A DNA stretch of 62,719 bases, filler included, from Chiloscyllium plagiosum (GCF_004010195.1; 4 parts of one record of this genome joined end to end with filler, not necessarily neighbours in it); one strand, 5' to 3'. Shown: positions 12,721-25,691, counted from the whole stretch's first letter. The notes: a model not told the origin generated them from the letters alone. Program-made: numbers and translations.

Positions 12721-13794
12721 TACTCTGTGTCAATCTGGATCAGCACAGGCTGGGAGGGCCGAAGGGCCTGTTCCTGTTCTGGAATGTACTGTGTTAGTAA
12801 TATTGTGGAGGAAGGTTTTCTGGGGATTGTACATGTTATATATCGTGAGTGATTTTAATTTACATACAGTTTGGACAAACCAAGCCAAGAATAATGTTGT
12901 GCAAGAGGATTTCCTGGAGACATGGTTATGGGCAATAAATGCCGATCCAACCAGTGACTGCCATACCACTAGTGAATAGAGGGTGCTGCCTTACCAAGTG
13001 GGAGACTCCTGGACCTGAGGCTGGTTCTGAAGGCACATGGGAGCTTGCTGCTTAAACAGCAGGAACCAAATTTAAAAAATTTCGGATTCCATTTGCAGGC
13101 AGTTGGAACATTCCCTGAAAATTAAACAGATTGAACTTTCAAACATTCATATGCCTAACAGACAGTTTGTGCAAGTGCAAATCTGAAAATTATATCCCAG
13201 CTTACTTCAAGTTTCAATCCAATCTGGCCAGAAACTCAGTTTCTCCTTCACATTAAAGAAAGCTCCCTCCTGCTGCTTGAGGCCATTCCACGTTAAAATA
13301 GCAGTGAGCAGCTCCGTGCAGTTTCAAAACAAAGCTCACTAGTTTGAACAAAAGCTCTTTAAGCAGGAAAAGTGATATCTCCCCCAAAGGAGTTGTTTCG
13401 CCTTGTGGAACAGTCTCGGACCAGATGGTATCATCTCAGATTAAGGGGTCAGCCAGTAAAGACAGAGGAATTTCTTCTCTCGGAGCGGAGTGAACCTGTG
13501 GAATTCTTTACCACAGAGGGCTGTTGAGACTGGGTCATGCAGTATATTCAAGGCTGAGATAGATTGTTAATCAGGAAGGGAATTGGGGGTTGGGGAAAAG
13601 GCTGGAAAGTGGTGTTGAGGACGGCCACATCAGCCATGATCTCATTAAATGGTGGACCAGACTCGGTGGGTCAAATGGCCTACTCCTGCTCCATTTTGTT
13701 TTATAATCTCTCTCTTCTGTTCTCCACCCACATCCCTCTCTTCCTCTCTCTCTTCCCCCATCCACTCACTCTCCCCTCCCTCCCACTCTTAGAG

Positions 13795-14085
13795 TCATAG
13801 TCATGGAGTTAAATAGTCATGCAGCATTAAAACAGACCCTTCGGTCCAACTCATCTGCACCAACCAGACATTCCAATTTGACCTAGTCCCACCTGCCAGC
13901 ACTTGGCCCATATCCTACTAAACCCTTTCTATTCATATACCCATCCAGGTGCCTTTTAACTGTTGCAATTGTACCAGCCTCCACCACTTCCTCTGGCAGC
14001 TCGTTCCGTACACACACCACCCTCTGTGTGAAAAGGTTGCCCCTCAGGTTCCTTTTAAATCTTTCCCCTTTCACCTTAAACCTTC
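13795..14085 (-). mobile_element. CR1 LINE 3' end
   Basis: FKVKGERFKRNLRGNLFTQRVVCVRNELPEEVVEAGTIATVKRHLDGYMN. Confidence 0.88.
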
Positions 14086-14237
14086 TCTTTCCCCCTTTAT
14101 CTCCCCCCCCCTCTCTCTCCCTCTCTCTGCCCCTCTCTCCTCTCTCTCCCTCTCTCTGCACCTCCCCCCTTGCCCCAGGTCCTCTCATGTTGCTATTACA
14201 GGCTCCTCTCACTAACACTTTTCCCTTTTGTCTGCAG

Positions 14238-14322
14238 CTGGGACTGGGTTACCTCGTACAAACTGAGCTTCAGCAACGATACTTACAACTGGCTCACCTA
14301 CAAGAATGGAACCGAGGATGTT
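14238..14322 (+). CDS. CPXM1: CPXM1-like discoidin exon: (S)WDWVTSYKLSFSNDTYNWLTYKNGTEDV
   Basis: ttttgtctgcag acceptor, gtaagt donor; 85 nt, phase 2-0, in frame with the 9634-9773 exon; DWVTSYK..FSND motif. Confidence 0.93.
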
Positions 14323-14997
14323 GTAAGTTCTTTGGCCAGGAGTTCTGGCTGCTTTTCCCACTATGAGACTGAGAGAGGGCCAGAGCAGCTAGAGGGCTGG
14401 ACGTTGGTGGAAAGAGGGAGGTGGATAGATAATCGAGGGAGGAAAGGAAAGTGCTTGACGGAGATCGCCAGGCAGTACCTACGAAAGATGTTGTTCGATT
14501 TTAAATAGGAAGGATGAAGAGGGAGTTGGGGAATACAACGACAGCTCAGAGTTTTTATTGAGGAGGTTTCAGAGCTTTTGGCAGTAATTGCTGTGGGGGA
14601 GTCTGGTGCAGTGCCAGTGAAGGGAAATGTGGCTCAAATGTTGGGAGCTGAGCCCGCATTCTGTCACAGCATCAAGTGTGCAGAAAATATGAGACAGAGA
14701 CAGTGGTGATTGTAGTCAGTGCTGTTTCATGAAGATACTGTGTTGGAAAGGACCAAATCCATTTCACCCTGGCACCAAAAGAGAAAATGCTGGAAAATCT
14801 CAGCAGGTTTGGCAGCATCTGTAAGGAGAGAAAAGAGCTGACGTTTCGAGTCTAACTGACCCTTTGTCACCCTGGCAGCATTTGGTGGGGGAAAGGTGGT
14901 GGGATAAGATGGAAAGGAAACATCGGGGAGCAATGTGGTAGCAGTGGATGGAATAGTGAGGGGGATAGATGCTGTTGTCCACACAGAAGATAATAGG

Positions 14998-15440
14998 ACG
15001 TTGGTCGTGGTTGTTGGAGGTCAGTCATTTCAGCTCCAGGACATCTCTGCAGGAGTTCCTCAGGGTAGTGTCCTAGGCCCAACCATCTTCAGCTGCTTCA
15101 TCAATGACCTTCCCTCCATCAGAAGGTTAGAAGTGGGAGATGTTTGCTAATGATTGGACAATGTTCAGCACCAATCACAACTCCTCAGATACTGAAGCAG
15201 TCGAGAGTGTGTTGCTGGAAGAGCACAGCAGGTCAGGCAGCATCCGAGGAGCAGGAGAATCGATGTTTCGGGCATAAGCCCTTCATCAGGAAGGAGGCCT
15301 CTTGACTCTGACCTCCAGCATCTGCAGTCCTCACCTTCTTCCGGATCGTGAAGCAGGACATTTCCAAATGCTAAAAGATCTGGACGGTATCCAGGCTTAG
15401 GCTGACAAGAAGCAATTGATATTCACACCACACAAATGCC
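14998..15440 (+). mobile_element. LINE RT fragment (second CR1/L2-group family), interrupted by a hammerhead element at ~15203-15343
   Basis: AGVPQGSVLGPTIFSCFINDLPS. Confidence 0.8.
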
Positions 15441-15454
15441 ACACTTGGACAATA

Positions 15455-15730
15455 TCTTCCTGACCTCTCCGCCCCCACCCCACTCCGGCCTATCACCCTC
15501 ACCTTGACCTCCCTCCACCTATTGCATTTCCAAAGCCCCTCCCCCAAGTCCCTCCTCCCTACCTTTTATCTTAGCCTGCTGGACACACTTTCCTCATTCC
15601 TGAAGAAGGGCTTATGCCCGAAACGTCGATTCTCCTGATCCTTGGATGCTGCCTGACCTGCTGCGCTTTTCCAGCAACACATTTTCAGCTCTGATCTCCA
15701 GCATCTGCAGCTCTCACTTTATCTCACTCC
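15455..15730 (+). mobile_element. Penelope-related 3' terminal repeat with hammerhead (core 15596-15631)
   Basis: ATTC-CTGAAGA-AGGGCTTATGCCC-GAAACGTC; same family as 5580 and 41352-41620. Confidence 0.8.
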
Positions 15731-15734
15731 ATTT

Positions 15735-17275
15735 GATATCAAGAAATAGTGGAAGACACTGGATACTGCAAAAACTATGGTCTCTGACAACATTCCAGCA
15801 ACAGTACTACAGGTTGTGCCCCAGAACTTGCCACTCTGCTAGCCAAGGTCTTCCAGTAAAGTTACAACACTGGCATCTACCTGACAATGTGGAAAATTGC
15901 CCTGTTACATAAAAGCAGGACCAATCCAACCCAGGCAAATACTGTCCCCATCAGTCTACTCTCGATCATCAGTAAAGTGATGGAAGGTGTCATCTACAGA
16001 GTTATCAAGCAGCACCTGCTCAGTAATAACCTGCTCAGTGACGCCCAGTTTGGGTTCCACCAGGGCCACTCAGCTCCTGACCTTATTACAGCCTTGGTTC
16101 AAACATCGACAAAAGGGCTGGATTCCAATGGCAGGTGAGAGTGACAGCCCTTGACATTCAACTGAGTGATCAAGAAACCCTTACAAACCTGGAATTAATG
16201 GGTACCAGGGGACTAATTCTCTGTTGGTCAGAGTCATACTTGACACATAGGTCATAGTTATTGGAGGTCGGTCACCTTAGCTCCGGTACATTTCTGTGGG
16301 AGTTCCTCAGGGTAGTGTCCAAGGACCAACCATATTCAGATGCTTCATCAATGCCCTTCTCTCCATCCTAAGGTCAGAAAGAGAGATGTTCACCGATGAT
16401 TGCGCAATGGTCAGCATCATTTGCGACTCCTCTGATACTGAAGCAGTCCATGTTCAAATGCAACAAGATCTGGACAGTATCCAGGCTTGGACTGACAAAT
16501 GGCAAGTAACATTCGTGCCACACAAATGCAAGCTATAGCCATCACCAATAAAAGACAATCTAACCACCACCCCTAGACAATAATGGAGTTACAGTCACGC
16601 TGAATCCCCCACTGTCAACATCCTGGGAGTTATCATTGATCAGAAACTCAACTGAATTTGCCACATGAACACAGTGGCTACAGAGCAAGTCAGAGGCTTG
16701 GAATCCTGTGGCGAGTAACTCACCTCTTGACTCCCCAAAACCTGTTCACCATCTACAAGGCACAAGTCAGGAGTGTGATGGAACACTCCCCATTTGCCTG
16801 GATGGGTGCTGCTCTAACAACACTCAAGAAGCTTGACACCATCCAGGACAAAGCAGCCCACTTGATTGGCCCCACATCCACAAGCATCCATTCCCTCCAC
16901 CACCAACGCTCAGTAACAGCAGTGTGTACCATCTACAAGATGCACTGCAGTAATTCACCAAAGATCCTTAGACAGCACCTTCCAAACCCACGACCCCTTC
17001 CATCCAGAAGGACAAGGGCAGCAGGTACTCGAGAACACCACCCCCTGCAAGTTCCCTCCAAGTTACTCACGATCTTGAATTGGAAATATATCGCCATTTC
17101 TTCAGTGTTGTTGGGTCAAAATCCTGGAATTCCCTCCCTAAGGACTTTGTGGGTTAACCCACTGCAAGTGGTCTCCAGCAGTTCAAGACCACCACCACCT
17201 TCTCAAGGCCAACTAGGGACAGGCAATAAATGCTGACCCAGCCAGTGATGCCCACATCCCATGAGCAAGTTTAAA
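15735..17275 (+). mobile_element. LINE (CR1/L2 group) ORF2 RT and 3' end, frameshifted
   Basis: PISLLSIISKVMEGVI...QFGF; GVPQGSVQGPTIF..FTDDC; TIYKAQVRSVMEHSPFAWMGA; tail GGCAATAAATGCTG..CCAGCCAG..GCCCACATCCCATGA. Confidence 0.88.
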
Positions 17276-17937
17276 ATAACTGGAGATGGCATGTCTGAAA
17301 GACTGACACCAGTCCTGGGGGTGGGGGGGTGGGGGGTCTGTATCTTGGGGATAGTCTGTGTTGGGGCCTAGGGCCAATATTCTTGTGAGCCACAAACTGG
17401 AGAAGTAGAGAGGGTTTGGAACTAAACATTGAGGGCAAAGGATTGAATTCTTCGTTTAGAACAGAAATGAGGAGAATATATCTTTTGTCTTTGATTGTTT
17501 TTCTCTCAGAAGGTGGTGGAAGTGGTTTGAGACAGAGGTAGGTAGATTCCTGTCAGGCAGGAAGTTAAACTTTGCTGGGAGAGGATGGGAATGTGATCAG
17601 CCGGGATCTGATCGAGTGGCAGAGCAGGGGTAAGGGGACCGAAGGGCTGCCTCTGCTCCTGTGTGTATACTTGGGGAGATACGGGAAATCAAAGAGCAAA
17701 GGCAAGGCAGGAAAGTGATTAAGGGAAGTGATAAACAGAAAGGGATAGAGTACAATTCTGGGTAAGCCATACATAAGACCTGAGATTACAAAAATAATCA
17801 AAAGTAAAGCCTCTGTATCTGAATGCATTCTAACCAAAAAACAATGAAAACCCCTCTTGGTAACAGCGACCTGAATCTGATTGATTATTGCATTTGAATG
17901 TGAGAGGGGTGGGTCTAAAACTAATATTTTGAACTTA

Positions 17938-18437
17938 NNNNNNNNNNNNNNNNNNNNNNNNNNNNNNNNNNNNNNNNNNNNNNNNNNNNNNNNNNNNNNN
18001 NNNNNNNNNNNNNNNNNNNNNNNNNNNNNNNNNNNNNNNNNNNNNNNNNNNNNNNNNNNNNNNNNNNNNNNNNNNNNNNNNNNNNNNNNNNNNNNNNNNN
18101 NNNNNNNNNNNNNNNNNNNNNNNNNNNNNNNNNNNNNNNNNNNNNNNNNNNNNNNNNNNNNNNNNNNNNNNNNNNNNNNNNNNNNNNNNNNNNNNNNNNN
18201 NNNNNNNNNNNNNNNNNNNNNNNNNNNNNNNNNNNNNNNNNNNNNNNNNNNNNNNNNNNNNNNNNNNNNNNNNNNNNNNNNNNNNNNNNNNNNNNNNNNN
18301 NNNNNNNNNNNNNNNNNNNNNNNNNNNNNNNNNNNNNNNNNNNNNNNNNNNNNNNNNNNNNNNNNNNNNNNNNNNNNNNNNNNNNNNNNNNNNNNNNNNN
18401 NNNNNNNNNNNNNNNNNNNNNNNNNNNNNNNNNNNNN
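17938..18437. other. Assembly gap, exactly 500 N
   Basis: N run of round length. Confidence 0.99.
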
Positions 18438-18501
18438 CTTTGAACAGCATCAGGACACAACAAGGAGAAAGTAACCACATGTAAATAACTGAAATAATTA
18501 C

Positions 18502-18616
18502 CTGTGACTGCATCATTCATTGGCCCGCTATCAATGCTGCCACCTGGCCCATTGACATTGCAAAATGGAGGAGCCCAGTCAACATCACAATGGCAGTTCC
18601 CCTTACTGTTACAAAC
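18502..18616 (-). CDS. ADAM metalloprotease EGF-like-domain exon: [38 protein letters not shown]
   Basis: tttgtttcag acceptor, gtaatt donor; 115 nt, phase 0-1; VCN..NCHC...WAPP.C....GGS.DSGP is diagnostic of the ADAM9/12/19/33 group. Confidence 0.93.
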
Positions 18617-21035
18617 CTGAAACAAAACCCATAACATTCACAGTTTCTTCACACATTTACAGAAAAGGAAATACTGAAAGTTTTTAAAAAATACACTAGA
18701 GGAAAGTGAACCATAAGCTGGAGTTATAACTGTGGTTGTCATATGGCAATTAGCAGGGCTCCAGTACATCACTGAGGGAGGAATCCTGAGTTGAAATATC
18801 TTTAGCTGCTTTATCAGTGACTGCTGCCTGATATAAATACAGGGGTGGGCCTTTTCACTGTCTGTTCCAGCATTCATCTCCATCACAATCCCTTTGGTCA
18901 TGAAGCAGTTCAATCTACAAGGGGATGCAATGACACTGTTTCTAGATTTGTATTCCAGTGGTCCCAAGAATATTCTGGGGAACTGGATTCCAAATCTGTG
19001 ATTTTAACTGAGGAGGTACAAGTTGCATGGTTAAAGTACAATAAAATATGGAATTAGCAATGTAATTAAACCATCGCCAATTGTTGCACAAACCCATCTG
19101 GTTCATTCATTCACTTTAGGGAAGGAAATCTGTCATACTTGGAAAAACTCAACAGGTCTGGAGAGAAATCAGAGTCAATTTTTAGGTCCAGTGACTCTTC
19201 TTCAGAATAGTTCTCCACAGATGCTGCCAGACCTGCTGAGTGCTTTTCCAGCGATGTCTGTCCCTGTTTTCATTACTAATCAGTAATACACAGTTCTATT
19301 GCTTTTTTAAAAATCTGTTATCCTTATGTGGTCTGGCCTATATGTGACTCCGGGCCCACAGCAATATGGCTGACTCTTAACTGCCCTCAAATGGCTGACC
19401 AACCTGTTGAAAAGCTGCAAGGAATGACCACCTGACATTGGCTGAGGCAGCAGGAACAACAATCCTGTCAACCCTGCAAAGCCCTCCTTAATGAGGGGCA
19501 ACTTTTTATCACAGAGAGTGGTGTGGGTCTGGAATGAGCTGCCAGAAGATGTGGCAGAGGCAGGTACAGTTACGACATTTAAAATACAATGATAAGGAAG
19601 GGTTTAGGGGGATGTGGGCCAAACGCTGGCAAATGGGAGTAGTTCAGTTCAGGAAACATGGCTGGCATGGACGAGTTGGACCGAAGGGTCAGTTTCCAAG
19701 CTGCGTAACTTTATGACATGTGGGGGCTAGTGACAAAACTGGGACAGCTGTCTCACAGATACTCATGCAAGAACTTGGTATGGTCAACTTACAGACAATG
19801 TCCTAGACACCACCATCCCTGGATAGTATCGTGATTATAGCAAGGTCAGCCAGCTAGACCTCACAGAATATGAGTTCCTGATTGGGGCTGTTAATCTGGC
19901 ACAATCAAGGAGTCCTGGCTGACTGATATGAATAGGACTGTCAGAGATTCTGACACACTGGGTGCTGTCTATGACAAGGCTATGCCAGAGTCAAGATCTT
20001 CCACGTATAAATAAAGACCGACTGGATGATGGGATACCAGCCTCTGTGGAGTTATTTCAATGGCAACAAGAAAAAAAGCACGCTCCTGGAGAAACTTGCT
20101 CACTAGTCGCCTTTGAGTTGAGGTAAGCATTTCTAACATCATGCAATTGCTTGGGAAGCTTGACTCCTTTGATTCTGCCATTGAAGATTGGGCCCAGTAT
20201 GTGGAAAGAATGAGTTATTGGTTTTTCTAGGCAAATGACATTCAGGCAAATGAAAAGCAACGAGTAATTCTCCTGGCAGTTTGTAGACCCACAGCGCTTT
20301 CTGTTATTAAGAGCTTAACCTTTCCTGAGGCACCCGACACAAAAACCTTTCAAGAGTTGATGGATTTAGCTCATGACGCCCAGCCTCCTCTAATTCTGAA
20401 ATGCTATTGGCTTTATTTGGCAATTCAAGAACCAGGGGAATCCATGATGGGATTTTTGATTAGGTTAAGATGATTGTTGAAGCATGCGACTTTGGTTTAT
20501 CCCTTAATGAAATGCTTAGAGACTGGTTTGTAAGTGGGATTAATGATGTAACCATGCAAAAGTGCCTCATAGCTGTAGTGCAGTTGGATGTCAAACAGGC
20601 ATTACAACTGGCTTTATCATTGGAAAATGCAGCACATGGAAGATACGTGATGCAGAGTATTCCAATGGAAGTGGACACCCTCGCCAGTCTGACTCAGCTT
20701 GGGGAACACCACTTGAGTATAGAATCACCACACTCAGAGCATATCCTAATCAAGGGATCCAGGTCAATTCACAGCAAAACCCCAAAAAAACCAAGCCTCG
20801 GCTGAAAGGTTATCATATTCTTCAGGTTCAGGCCAGCAAGCTGATAGAGTTGCTGTCCTATGCGGATTTGAAACAGCAAAAGAGTCCTACTAGAACTAAA
20901 TTGAGTTAAGAGAACTCATGGGCCAGTAACCAGGAGTGTGTATACCTGGGAAGGTCCACCAGCACTTGTGTTACTTATCAACATCGAAATTAGTAGCAAT
21001 TAAAATAAACGACAGGTTAAATGGTCACCCGGTTC

Positions 21036-21385
21036 AAATTCTGAGGGGCATGGATGGGATAAATAGATAAAGTCTTTTCCCTGGGGTCGGGGAGTCCAGA
21101 ACTACAGGGCATAGGTTTAGGGTGAGAGGAGAAAGATATGAAAGCGACCGAAGGGGCAACTTTTTCACACAGAGGGTGGTACGTGTATGGAATGAGATGC
21201 CAGAGGAAGTGGTGGAGGCTGGTACAATTGCAACATTTAAGAGGCATTTGGATGGGTATATGAATAGGAAGGGTTTGGAGGGATATGGGCCGGGTGCTGG
21301 CAGGTGGGACTGGATTGGGTTGGGATAACTGGTCGAGTTGGACTGAAGGATCTGTTTCCGTGCTGTACATCTCTATGACTCTATA
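21036..21385 (+). mobile_element. CR1 3' end inserted into the Gypsy protease active-site region
   Basis: RRGNFFTQRVVRVWNEMPEEVVEAG...; splits the NGHPV / MEVYTG protease sequence. Confidence 0.88.
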
Positions 21386-21477
21386 ATGGAGGTCTATACC
21401 GGATATCCATATCAGAGATCATTGAACCAGATTTTAACAAAATTCGCTCTGGACTCCAACCCTTAGGTTTGTGCAAG

Positions 21478-22773
21478 ACCTTGGCTAGACTGAGAGCCTG
21501 TACCAGGGATCCCGTACAGATTAAGGCCTTGGCTAGACTGAGAGCCTATACCAGGGATCCCGTACAGATTAAGGCCTTGGCTAGACTGAGAGCCTATACC
21601 AGGGATCCCTTACAGATTAAGGCCTTGGCTAGACTGAGAGCCTGTACCAGGGATCCCGTACAGATTAAGGCCTTGGCTAGACTGAGAGCCTGTACCAGGG
21701 ATCCCGTACAGATTAAGGCCTTGGCTAGACTGAGAGCCTGTACCAGGGATCCCGTACAGATTAAGGCCTTGGCTAGACTGAGAGCCTGTACCAGGGATCC
21801 CGTACAGATTAAGGCCTTGGCTAGACTGAGAGCCTGTACCAGGGATCCCGTACAGATTAAGGCCTTGGCTAGACTGAGAGCCTATACCAGGGATCCCTTA
21901 CAGATTAAGGCCTTGGCTAGATTGAGAGCCTGTACCAGGGATCCCGTACAGATTAAGGCCTTGGCTAGACTGAGAGCCTATACCAGGGATCCCTTACAGA
22001 TTAAGGCCTTGGCTAGATTGAGAGCCTGTACCAGGGATCCCGTACAGATTAAGGCCTTGGCTAGACTGAGAGCCTATACCAGGGATCCCTTACAGATTAA
22101 GGCCTTGGCTAGATTGAGAGCCTGTACCAGGGATCCCGTACAGATTAAGGCCTTGGCTAGACTGAGAGCCTATACCAGGGATCCCTTACAGATTAAGGCC
22201 TTGGCTAGATTGAGAGCCTGTACCAGGGATCCCGTACAGATTAAGGCCTTGGCTAGACTGAGAGCCTATACCAGGGATCCCTTACAGATTAAGGCCTTGG
22301 CTAGATTGAGAGCCTGTACCAGGGATCCCGTACAGATTAAGGCCTTGGCTAGACTGAGAGCCTATACCAGGGATCCCTTACAGATTAAGGCCTTGGCTAG
22401 ATTGAGAGCCTATACCAGGGATCCCATACAGATTAAGGCCTTAGCTAGACTGAGAGCCTATACCAGGGATCCCATACAGATTAAGGCCTTGGCTAGACTG
22501 AGAGCCTATACCAGGGATCCCGTACAGATTAAGGCCTTGGCTAGACTGAGAGCCTATACCAGGGATCCCTTACAGATTAAGGCCTTGGCTAGACTGAGAG
22601 CCTATACCAGGGATCCCGTACAGATTAAGGCCTTGGCTAGACTGAGAGCCTATACCAGGGATCCCGTACAGATTAAGGCCTTAGCTAGACTGAGAGCTTA
22701 TACCAGGGATCCCATACAGATTAAGGCCTTGGCTAGACTGAGAGCCTATACCAGGGATCCCGTACAGATTAAG
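21478..22773. repeat. 48-bp minisatellite, 27 copies, inside the Gypsy protease
   Basis: GCCTTGGCTAGACTGAGAGCCT(A/G)TACCAGGGATCCC(G/T/A)TACAGATTAAG = ALARLRAYTRDPVQIK; 432 codons = 27 x 16. Confidence 0.97.
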
Positions 22774-23760
22774 GACACAACTTTAGTTCTGGTCTCTTAT
22801 GAGAAGCAACTGGTTCAGTTCCCAGTGATTGTAGTAAAAGACTCGGCCCAAGCTGGAGGGGGTGAAATTGGTTGAGAGAGATTCATCTAGAGTGCTTCAC
22901 CACTTTTCAATTGAGTAATGGCTGCCTGAGTGAAGTTCCAATTAAAGACCATTAAGTCTTCCAGGAAGGTCTCAGGGACCATTAGAGGAGCTAAGGCCAC
23001 CTTGCATGTTGACCATTTTTCTACAAGGCCTGCCCATGGGCAAGTGTTGAGGCAGAAATCAGAAGATTGGAAAGTGGAGGAATTATCGAGTCTGTCCAAC
23101 TTGCGGAAATGGCGGCACTGGTCATACTGATTTTGAAAGCCGACCGGTCAGTTCACCTTTGTGGGGATTTTTAACAAATGGTAAACCACTTTTTGCAATT
23201 GGATACATTCCCAATCCCTTGGATAGAGGACTTTTATGCAAAGCTGGATGGGAGTGGGGGGGTGGGAAGTCCTTCTTGAAGCTGGGCATGAGCTACCCTT
23301 ACTTGCAATTGAGTTTCGACAAAGATTCCCAGAAACATGCTGCAATTAATAGCCATATGGATTGTTACCAATATACAAAACTGCCATTTGGGATATCATC
23401 AACCTGTTCAATTTTTCAGGGGATGATGAAGAAAATGTTGCAAGATCTAGCTCCGGACATCATTTATTTAGATAATGTACTATTAATAGGCAAGATGAAT
23501 AAGGAATACTTCGAGAACTTGGATGTGGTGTTTGGATGTTTTTTTCATCTGGGTTTATGCCTAAGAAAAGGAAAATATGTGTTCCAGGTCCCCTCAGTGA
23601 CTTCATTGGGCTACAGAGTCGACAAGACCTGGTTAAACCCAGGGGAAGATAAAGTAAGGGTGAACAAAGTTGGCTGTGCTCCCACATGTGTACCAAAGCT
23701 CTGGTTATTTCTTGGCTGGTAAATTATGACAGAAAGTTTATTCATAACCTGCCTTCCATC

Positions 23761-25020
23761 CCGAAAGATTGGAGTCTAGAGCAAATTTTGTTAAAACTGG
23801 CTCAGCGATCACTGATATAGATATGCTGGTATCGACCTCCATCAGAGACATCATTTTGATTGGTTCTGATTTGATGTTGCTTAGTAATTTAATTGCTCCA
23901 ACAAAATGGAGGTGGACCTTCCAGGGTATACACTCTCCTGAAAACTGACCTATGAGTTTTCTTACTCTCTTTAGTTCTAGTAGGAGTCTTTTGCTGTCTC
24001 TAGTCCACATACTGGCAGCAACTAACACTGGCGTGCTGGCCTGAGGCTTGGTATTGTTTTAGGGTTTTGCTGTGGGCCGACCTAGAGTCCTTCTGTTCAG
24101 GGTATGTCCTGAGTGAGGCTATACAATTGCTTTCACTCTAACTGTGTTCCCCAAGCTCAGGTGGCCTAGTGTGGGTGTCCACTTCCATTGGAAAGCCCTG
24201 CAATCATATGCTCCATCTGCTGCATTTTGCAATGATACAGCCAGTTGTAGTGCCTGTCTGATCTCCAGTTGCACTTCAGCTATGAGGTGCTTTTGCACGG
24301 TTCCACCTGCAAATCAGTCTCTAAGTATCTCATTAAGGGTTAAACCAAAGTCGCATTCCCCTGCCACTTGTTTAAACCTAGTCAAAAATCCCGACATGGA
24401 TTCTTCTGGTTCAAATTGCCCAATAAAACCAACAGCATCTCAAAATTAGAGGAGGCTGCGAGTCATGATATTCTTTAATAAATCCATCAACTCATGAAAG
24501 GTTTTCGTATCTGGTGCCTCAGGGAAAGTTAGGTTCTAATAACAGAAAAAGCTGTGGGTCCACAGGATGTCAGGAGAATTAATCATTGTTTTTCATGTGC
24601 CCCAACATCACTTGCCCAGAAATCATAACACATTCTTTCCTCACACTGAGCCCAGTCTTTCATGGTAGGATCGAACTAATCAAGTTTCCCAAGAACAGCC
24701 CAATACCAGACATGCTTACCCCAACTCAAGGTGACTGTCGCAAGTGCATTTCTTCAGGAATGTGTTTTTTTGCCTGTCACCACTGAGATAATGGCACAGA
24801 GACCGGGATTCTGTCACCAAGTCACCCTTTCTTTACATGTGGAGAGCCCTTGACATTGATCCAGCTCCTTCAGAGTTCGCTCTCAGTGTAAACAGAACCC
24901 TTGACCTTCTTGTGTCTACCTGCTAAGCAGGGGTCCCTGATTCGAGTAGATTAAAGCCCCAATCAGGGAACTCTTATTCTATGAGGTCCATACCTGGCAG
25001 ACCTCATCAAAATCACTACA
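23761..25020 (-). mobile_element. Second Gypsy copy of the same family (LTR-gag-protease), inverted
   Basis: LTR 25020-24784 TGTAGTGATT...TCA, homologous to 19827-20059; PBS-like TGGTGACAGG; protease MEVDTSISISVI. Confidence 0.85.
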
Positions 25021-25175
25021 CCTGTCATGGGATTTGAATTCAATAAAAGAAAATCAGAAATTAAGAGTCTAATGATATCCACGAATCCATTGTAAATTGT
25101 CAGGAAAAACCATCTGGTTCACTAATGTCGTTTTGGGAAGGAAACTGCTGTCCTTACCTGGTCGGACCTACATTT

Positions 25176-25691
25176 GACCGGGATGAGATAGGGTAGATGG
25201 AGGAAGGGTGGTCCAGATGATCAGGATGAGATATGGGAGATGGAGGAAGGATGGTCCAGATGACTGGGATGAGATAGGGGAGATGGAGGAAGGGTGGTCC
25301 AGATGATTAGGATGAGATATGGAAGATGGAGGAAGGATGGTCCAGATGACTGGGATGAGATAGGGGAGATGGAGGAAGGATGGGCCTGATAACTGGGATG
25401 AGATAGGGGAGATGGAGGAAGGATGGTCCAGATGATTAGGATGAGATATGGGAGATGGAGGAAGGATGGTCCAGATGACCGGGATGAGGTAGGGGAGATG
25501 GAGGAAGGATGGGCCTGATAACTGGGATGAGATAGGGGAGATGGAGGAAGGATGGGCCTGATAACTGGGATGAGATAGGGGAGATGGAGGAAGGATGGGC
25601 CTGATAACTGGGATGAGATAGGGGAGATGGAGGAAGGATGGGCCTGATAACTGGGATGAGATAGGGGAGATGGAGGAAGGATGGTCCAGAT
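25176..25691. repeat. Purine-rich ~40-43 bp minisatellite (GGGATGAGATAGGGGAGATGGAGGAAGGATGG...), ends at a gap
   Basis: Direct reading. Confidence 0.93.

Larger units (their letters stand above)
19827..23760 (+). mobile_element. Gypsy (Mag-like) LTR retrotransposon, 5' LTR-gag-protease-RT, degraded
   Basis: LTR 19827-20059 ending TCA; PBS-like TGGCAACAAG at 20061; gag MQLLGKLDSFDSAIEDWAQYVER and ACDFGLSLNEMLRDWFVSGIND; RT YQYTKLPFGISS...YLDNVLL. Confidence 0.85.

Noticed and set aside
12975..13400. Non-repetitive intronic stretch with a minus-strand GTAAGG donor near 12990
   Set aside because: No convincing ORF or recognisable product; could be an enhancer but unsupported
17881..18637. ORFs spanning N runs (also 40705-41502, 47448-47721, 60386-60592)
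   Set aside because: Artefacts of gaps; only the ADAM exon part is real
21478..22773. Vector or synthetic origin suggested by BamHI and StuI sites in each 48-bp unit
   Set aside because: The unit is colinear with the flanking Gypsy protease and shows natural variants
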